Origin: Lama guanicoe
Taxonomy: Eukaryota
Assembly (NCBI GenBank): GCA_013239625.1
Contig: MU055362.1
Location: forward strand, 18,509,448 to 18,573,447
Length of the DNA: 64,000 bases
Reading direction: 5' to 3'
A program made the position numbers and the translations under genes. Shown piece by piece: positions 38,841 to 64,000 of this stretch. The notes below the pieces were generated by a model, which saw only the letters and a program-made list of their open reading frames with translations, did no database searches and had not been told where the DNA came from. The number at the start of each line of letters is the position of its first letter. Positions within the stretch are counted from its first letter, which is position 1.

Positions 38841-40464
38841 GTAGATGATCCTGCCTGACGTGGAGCAGGTGGAGGCAGGCAGCACCCCCTCTGGGGCTGC
38901 TCGGGCCGTGGGAGGTGGACAGAGTGAGGCAGGAAGTGGACTGGGCTCTCGTGGGCTGTGCAGAGCCCTCTCATCCCCACCCCCTGCCCCAGCTCTGCAT
39001 CCTGATGTCACCTTTGCCTGTGCTCTCCTTCTTCCCTTGCGTCCAAGTGGTCACCAAGGCCTGCTAAGTCTCTAAGCTGCACCTCTTGAATCAGCCCCTT
39101 CCCCTCCTGACCTCAGCCAAGGAGTGGGCCTGCATTACCCCAACCAGGACAGCGGGCCTCCGTAACCTTGACCTCCCCCATCCATGACCCACACCCCGTT
39201 TCCAGCCTACAGGGGCCCTACTGTTCTCAGCCTCCATTCTGCTGCCCACCATTCTCCAACCCATACTGTTCCTTCCCATCAGGCCAGCCCTTCGAGTCCC
39301 CAGCTTCACCAGACTCCCCTGGGAGTCCCAGAGCAGCCCCTTCCAGGCCCACCTGCCCTCATCCAGCGACCTTTTCTTCGCACTCCGTTGCTCTCCCAGT
39401 GTCTGCCTTGTGTTGAGCAATTCCATGGGAATAGGCTACATCCTTTGTTTTCCCCTGTGCTGGCAACACCGTGAGGTGAGGTGCTCTGAGTTGGAGTTGA
39501 CAAACCAACTGGAGATTTGGGAGGAATTCAGTAAGTACCACTAAGCTGGTCACATGGGAATCCTGGAGAGTGTAACTGAGTCAGAGACCTTGAGATGCTA
39601 TGATCCTGTTGAGGAAGTGGACGTCCACCTGTGGAAGAGTCAGAGCAGAGCTTCCTCATCCCTGTCATGTCTTAGCATGTGTGCAAGTGGTCCTGTCTGC
39701 GTGGTACACGGAGGTAAAGAAGATTTGAAGCCCCTGCCTGGGGCAGGCTGCTGGCCTGAGAGCCCTGGCCTCACCAGGTGTGTTCAGGCTGCCCTGAGAG
39801 TTGAGAAGATCTGTGTCTTGCTGCACCTCAGGGGGCCAAGGTCCAGTATGGGGAGCTCTGGATTAAGATTCTACCAGTTGGTGAATAATGAAACATGTTT
39901 TGTGTAACCGCACGTTGTAATGTGTAGCACAGAGGGTATGTATGTATGTGGATGTGACTGAGGAAGCAGCAGCTAAGCAAGGGTGAGAGTGAACCATGGA
40001 TAAGGTCATGCAGCCTGTTTCCCCCAGAGCAGGAGCAGCTCGTGAAGGAAACTTCTGGAATGCTGAACCCACTCTCTGTGGGCTTTGAAGCTTGTCTCCT
40101 GGAGCTGTTTCTGACTTGAGGGGGAGCACATTTTTTCTGCAGTGCCCGGAGGGAGGGGCACTAGCCCCTCTGCATCCCTGACTGGGCCCTGTTGGCCCTT
40201 GTGCAGTTAACTTCGAGCCTAGATCAGGAGCTGGGTCCTTTCTTATGTTCGGGTCCAGTAGGCTGGTGGCGGGGCCGATGCTGTGGGGAGAGGGGCCGGA
40301 TAACACAGGAAGGAGCCCGAGCCCTGGCGTTAGGTTTGGGTTTGGATCTGAGCTCTGCGACTTGGAAGAGGGAGTAACTGAAGATTGTACTTGATCCAGT
40401 TGCTGTGAGAGTGCCAGCAGGTGACACCAGGAAGGCCCTCGTGGTGGTTCCTGGTGCGCAGTAA

Positions 40465-60399
<19,935 letters not shown>

Positions 60400-60755
60400 G
60401 CCAGGGCGGAGCGTCCCCCGTGCGGTCTGCCTGCACACCCCGGTGCTCCAGGCCCACCCTGCTGGCAGACATCCCCATGGCAGGAGCCTCCTCTTGTCCA
60501 CAGCAGCCTTCCGAGGATGGACCAGCCCCCATGACAGCCCCAGGATTTCTTAAAGAAACTCCACTTAGACCAGCCTCCATTCTGGCAAGCAAACCCCCAA
60601 ATCCTTCACTCTGGAGGAGGAGGCCAGAGGGTTCCTTTGGTCTCCTTAGAACAGCAGAGGAGGTCCCTGTGCCTGCATGTGTCCACTGTTCTTGGAGTGC
60701 AGAAGCTCCATCCAGAAGCCGGTTCCCTCCCCAAATGGAAGGTGCTCCCCTGGCT

Positions 60756-60925
60756 GGGTTGATCCAGCTGCCACTTCCTCTCTGCAGCTCTGGGCAGGTT
60801 TCCTCACCTCTAAACCTGTCTCCCCACACTCAGAGTGACAGCACCCCCCTCTCAGGGTGGTCATGGGGCTGCCAGACATGGGGCAGGTGCTCAATAAATG
60901 CTGGTTACTGTTACTGTTACTGTTG
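60756..60925 (+). mobile_element. MIR SINE in the HPS1 3'UTR
   Basis: gggttgatccagctgccactt...tgggcaggtttcctcacctct...ctcagggtggt...gtgctcaataaatg plus a (gttact)n tail. Confidence 0.7.
60893..60898 (+). terminator. HPS1: Probable HPS1 polyA signal AATAAA
   Basis: First AATAAA after the stop codon, followed by TG-rich sequence. Confidence 0.65.
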
Positions 60926-61184
60926 AAGCCACACATGCCGTCCTTGGTGCTGATGAGCACTGGCAAATCCTGGCCTCTCTGTGTCCTCTGTTCTCGGGTC
61001 CTGCTCCAGCCCCGCCACAAGTTCATGTCACTCAGTCCAGTGGATCCCAGGCTTTGAGGGTTTTCAAAGCTTCCCAGACAGTCCTGGATTGAGAACACCA
61101 CCCAACGGGTACAGCTCCTTCTCTAACCTAGGAGTACCCCCACCAGAACGGACACAAGGACAAGTGCCCACGAGAGCACTGGAC

Positions 61185-61295
61185 TCCAAAGGGCCGCAGC
61201 GGGGACGGAGAAGTGACGACGGTGGCGGAAGTAAGCGCGGCGCAGCGACTCTTGGGTCACGTGTGACGCACAGACAGAGGCTGGGCCGCTGGGCC
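61185..61295 (+). promoter_or_regulatory. PYROXD2: Small CpG-rich promoter-like element upstream of PYROXD2
   Basis: CpG cluster with ETS motif CGGAAGT (61226-61232), GTCACGTG (61256-61263) and TGACG half-CRE motifs. Confidence 0.6.
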
Positions 61296-62422
61296 TTCAA
61301 TTTTGAGCTAAAATCCATGCAAAGAAGACTGTTCTTTCCTGTTACGCAGACATCCTGGAGCACAGAGGTACCAGAGGAGCTAGTGAGGGACAGTCGTGGT
61401 GACCGGGACTGCCTTCCCCCTTAATGTGGCGACTTTACAGGTGGAAATGGAAATACAGAAGAGCACAAGGGGAAGATCTAATCTAGGAGCCCAGCGCTGT
61501 TCAGGGTCCTCTCTTCTGTCACCTGATATTTCCCCGAATTTTTAGCAGCTGCATGATATGACATCTAGTTTAACCAACCCCTCTAGTTTTTCAATGTTAT
61601 AAATAACACTGGGGGAAGATCATAAATCGGATTTTAGCAGAGGCACATGCATCGTAAACCTTCCGTGGCATGTGGAGGGGTGTCTGAGTCGAGAATAAGG
61701 TCCCCAGGAATCCCTCTTACCCAGGGGCACTTTTCCACAAATACTGCTAATTTCGAGATGCATTTCTTATAGCAGGTTTCTAGAACACTGACAAATGTCA
61801 GAGCAGTACAGGAACTCCCAAGCCCTACGGTGCTCTGTTCCCACAAGGCAAACAGCCTAACTAATGGGCAGGGAGCTAAGAAGCTTCCGATTCAGGACAG
61901 GCCAAGGACGGTGAGCACGTAGCTGAGGGTATTTATAGATGTTGTCGTTAATCCTCGAGGATTCTTGGAAAATGGAAAAAGTGCCAAAAGACAGAAGAGA
62001 GAGATTCGGGCCTTCAAAAGAAAACGGTGAATCCCAAGAGTCACAGGTGACTGGACTGGCCCCCAAACCCTTCAGGCTTTGCAGCAGCCCGTGAAGTGGA
62101 CGGTGTTTAAAGCCTTTGGGCGAGGACGCAAGATGCTCTAGGGGCCCCAGCAGCAGGTGTGGACCCCTGCAGTTTTGTTGGGGCTCCGGCACAGCCGGGC
62201 TGAGGGGTTGCCCCACAGTCCTCCAGGCAGCAGGTCCCTGAGCCTGCTGTGGGTTTACAGCAGTTAACCTCTCCAGACCAGAAGGACAGGGAGTTGGAGC
62301 TGAGTCTGACTCTGTCTCTTTCTTTGCTTGGATTCCCACCCCCAGCTCATCCCGGACGTTTAATTCCTTAATAAGAAGCCAGACAGCACAGGGGAGGAGA
62401 AGGGCCTGTGGAACAGTCACTC

Positions 62423-62477
62423 TGTGTGCGCGTGCGCACACGCGCGAGCACACGCACACGCGCGCGCGCGCACATGC
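62423..62477. repeat. Mixed (TG)/(CG)/(CA) alternating purine-pyrimidine tract
   Basis: tgtgtgcgcgtgcgcacacgcgcgagcacacgcacacgcgcgcgcgcgcacatgc. Confidence 0.9.
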
Positions 62478-62810
62478 TTCTCCAAGCCTCAGTGCCTCCT
62501 CTTCTGGGGCTTTTGTGAGGGGCAGCATGGCCTTGCTCAGCACCCCACCTGGCACAGGGGATCCCTGGAGAATCACCAGCACAGTTTATACTCCCAGGAG
62601 GCCTGGAGGTGGCACGATTTCTGCCCAGTTAACAGGCAACCTCCCACGACTCTGCCCGGTGCAAACTGGGCCAGCCGGCAGCAGCTCAGTGTCCTCTGTT
62701 TAGTCGTGGCCAGAGGCCAAGTACGGCAGCTGGGCCGCAACTTCCTGCTTTCTCCCTGCTCCTCCCCCTGCCTGGAGAGGCACAAATTCCAGGCCTGGTC
62801 CGGGGCAGAA

Positions 62811-62937
62811 ATGGCTGCCTGTGGCCGAGGGCTCAGCAGGGCCATGGGTGCCTCTCCCTTCTCGGCTTGGAGACAAGCTCACTTGGACACCAGGGGACAC
62901 CTGAAGCCGGAGTACGATGCAGTGGTGATAGGAGCAG
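62811..62937 (+). CDS. PYROXD2: PYROXD2 first coding exon ([43 protein letters not shown]); gene continues beyond the window
   Basis: GAAATGG Kozak context; Arg/Ser/Ala-rich leader, then YDAVVIGAG (start of the FAD-binding GxGxxG motif); donor CAG|gtaaag at 62938; synteny with HPS1. Confidence 0.94.
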
Positions 62938-64000
62938 GTAAAGCAGGCTGGGCCAGGGCTGAGGGGCAGGAGGGCAGCCCAGAAGCCTGGAGGGGCCCCC
63001 TCCCCCACCCCTCCCCTTCCTCTGCTCTGGGCACAAGCTGACCAGGAGTTGGGGCAAGAGCAGGTGCTGATGTGAAAAGCCCACTGTGTTTGTGAGCAGG
63101 CACCGGCATTCTGGGGCTGGCTCTGCTGTGGACTTGCTGTGTGGCCTGGGACAGATTTTTGCCCTCTCTGGGCTCGAATTTTCCCATCTAGACAGATCAG
63201 GGAGGACTAGATGAGCTCAGGGGTTTCCATGTATCTCCTGTGAAATTAGCTGGTTGCCACCACTTTCTTGGAAAGCGTATGGTCCAGAAAGGTTGGAAAG
63301 AAAGAGCCCTGGGACAACAGATCTGGGAAATCCAGCTGCCCCAGGTGCCCTGCATTCTGGTCACCACCACCTGACCACTGAGACTGCCCCCACGGACACC
63401 GCAGTCGTTACATAAAAGGGAGTTAGGAAAAAGTAGAAATGAGTCCCAGAGATCCTACTGCTTGTCCGCCGAGGGTGACAGCCCTGCATTGTCCTGCACA
63501 CCTGGGCATGCGGGACCTGCTGCAGGGAGCCGCCACCCGCTACTGAGCGCCAGGCTGCGCAGCCCGGACTCTCCCGCGAGTGTGTGAGGCTGCAGACTGG
63601 GATCGGGCTGCCTTTCCTCGGGGCCTTCCATTCACACCCAAGGGCCCCAAATTCCAACTTGTGACATTTTTTCCAACTGGGTTTTTATGGAGAGACAATG
63701 ACAGGACTGGAAGAACATGCTTGTCACACAACTTTAAAGCTGCGTCCCTGTTTGGGCATTTCCTCATCTTTACACATACCAAGAGCAGTCGTGTGCTGGT
63801 AAATGTGTACCAGTCACCTCTCCAGGGTAAAATGTGTGCATATGTATCCATGCATAAGGTTATTGTAAATACTGAAATAAGTGTGGCACACAATTTTACA
63901 GATAAAATATACAATACTCCGAATTCCAGTTAGCCATTCCATTATCAAATTCCTGTGATTTTTGCCAAACTCAGTAACCAGCCTATGGTTGCAACTGACA

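Noticed and set aside
61857-63041. 241-aa minus-strand ORF and 205-aa plus-strand ORF
   Set aside because: Both cross the dinucleotide repeat; only 62811-62937 of the plus ORF is recognisable PYROXD2.

Overview
Mammalian genomic DNA covering the conserved HPSE2-HPS1-PYROXD2 block, all three genes on the + strand. A single tRNA-derived SINE resembling the camelid Vic-1 family, with no Alu, BovB, PRE1 or Can-SINE seen, suggests a camelid. The window holds: the last two visible coding exons and 3'UTR of HPSE2; the complete HPS1 gene (2 non-coding + 18 coding exons, about 703 aa, with a U12-type AT-AC intron at 54615-55725); and the promoter region and first coding exon of PYROXD2. The rest is intronic or intergenic DNA with old L1, L2, L3, MIR, MLT and MER repeats, CpG islands and two N gaps. 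I found no evidence of a wholly new biological system, and most six-frame ORFs are spurious. The most interesting points are a gap that probably hides an HPSE2 exon, a decayed HPSE2 alternative exon, an orphan CpG island with a CTCF motif and twin STAT6-type palindromes, the minor-spliceosome intron, splice and polyA peculiarities of HPS1, and the compact HPS1-end/PYROXD2-promoter junction. Comparisons with human sequences are from memory and need an alignment to confirm.
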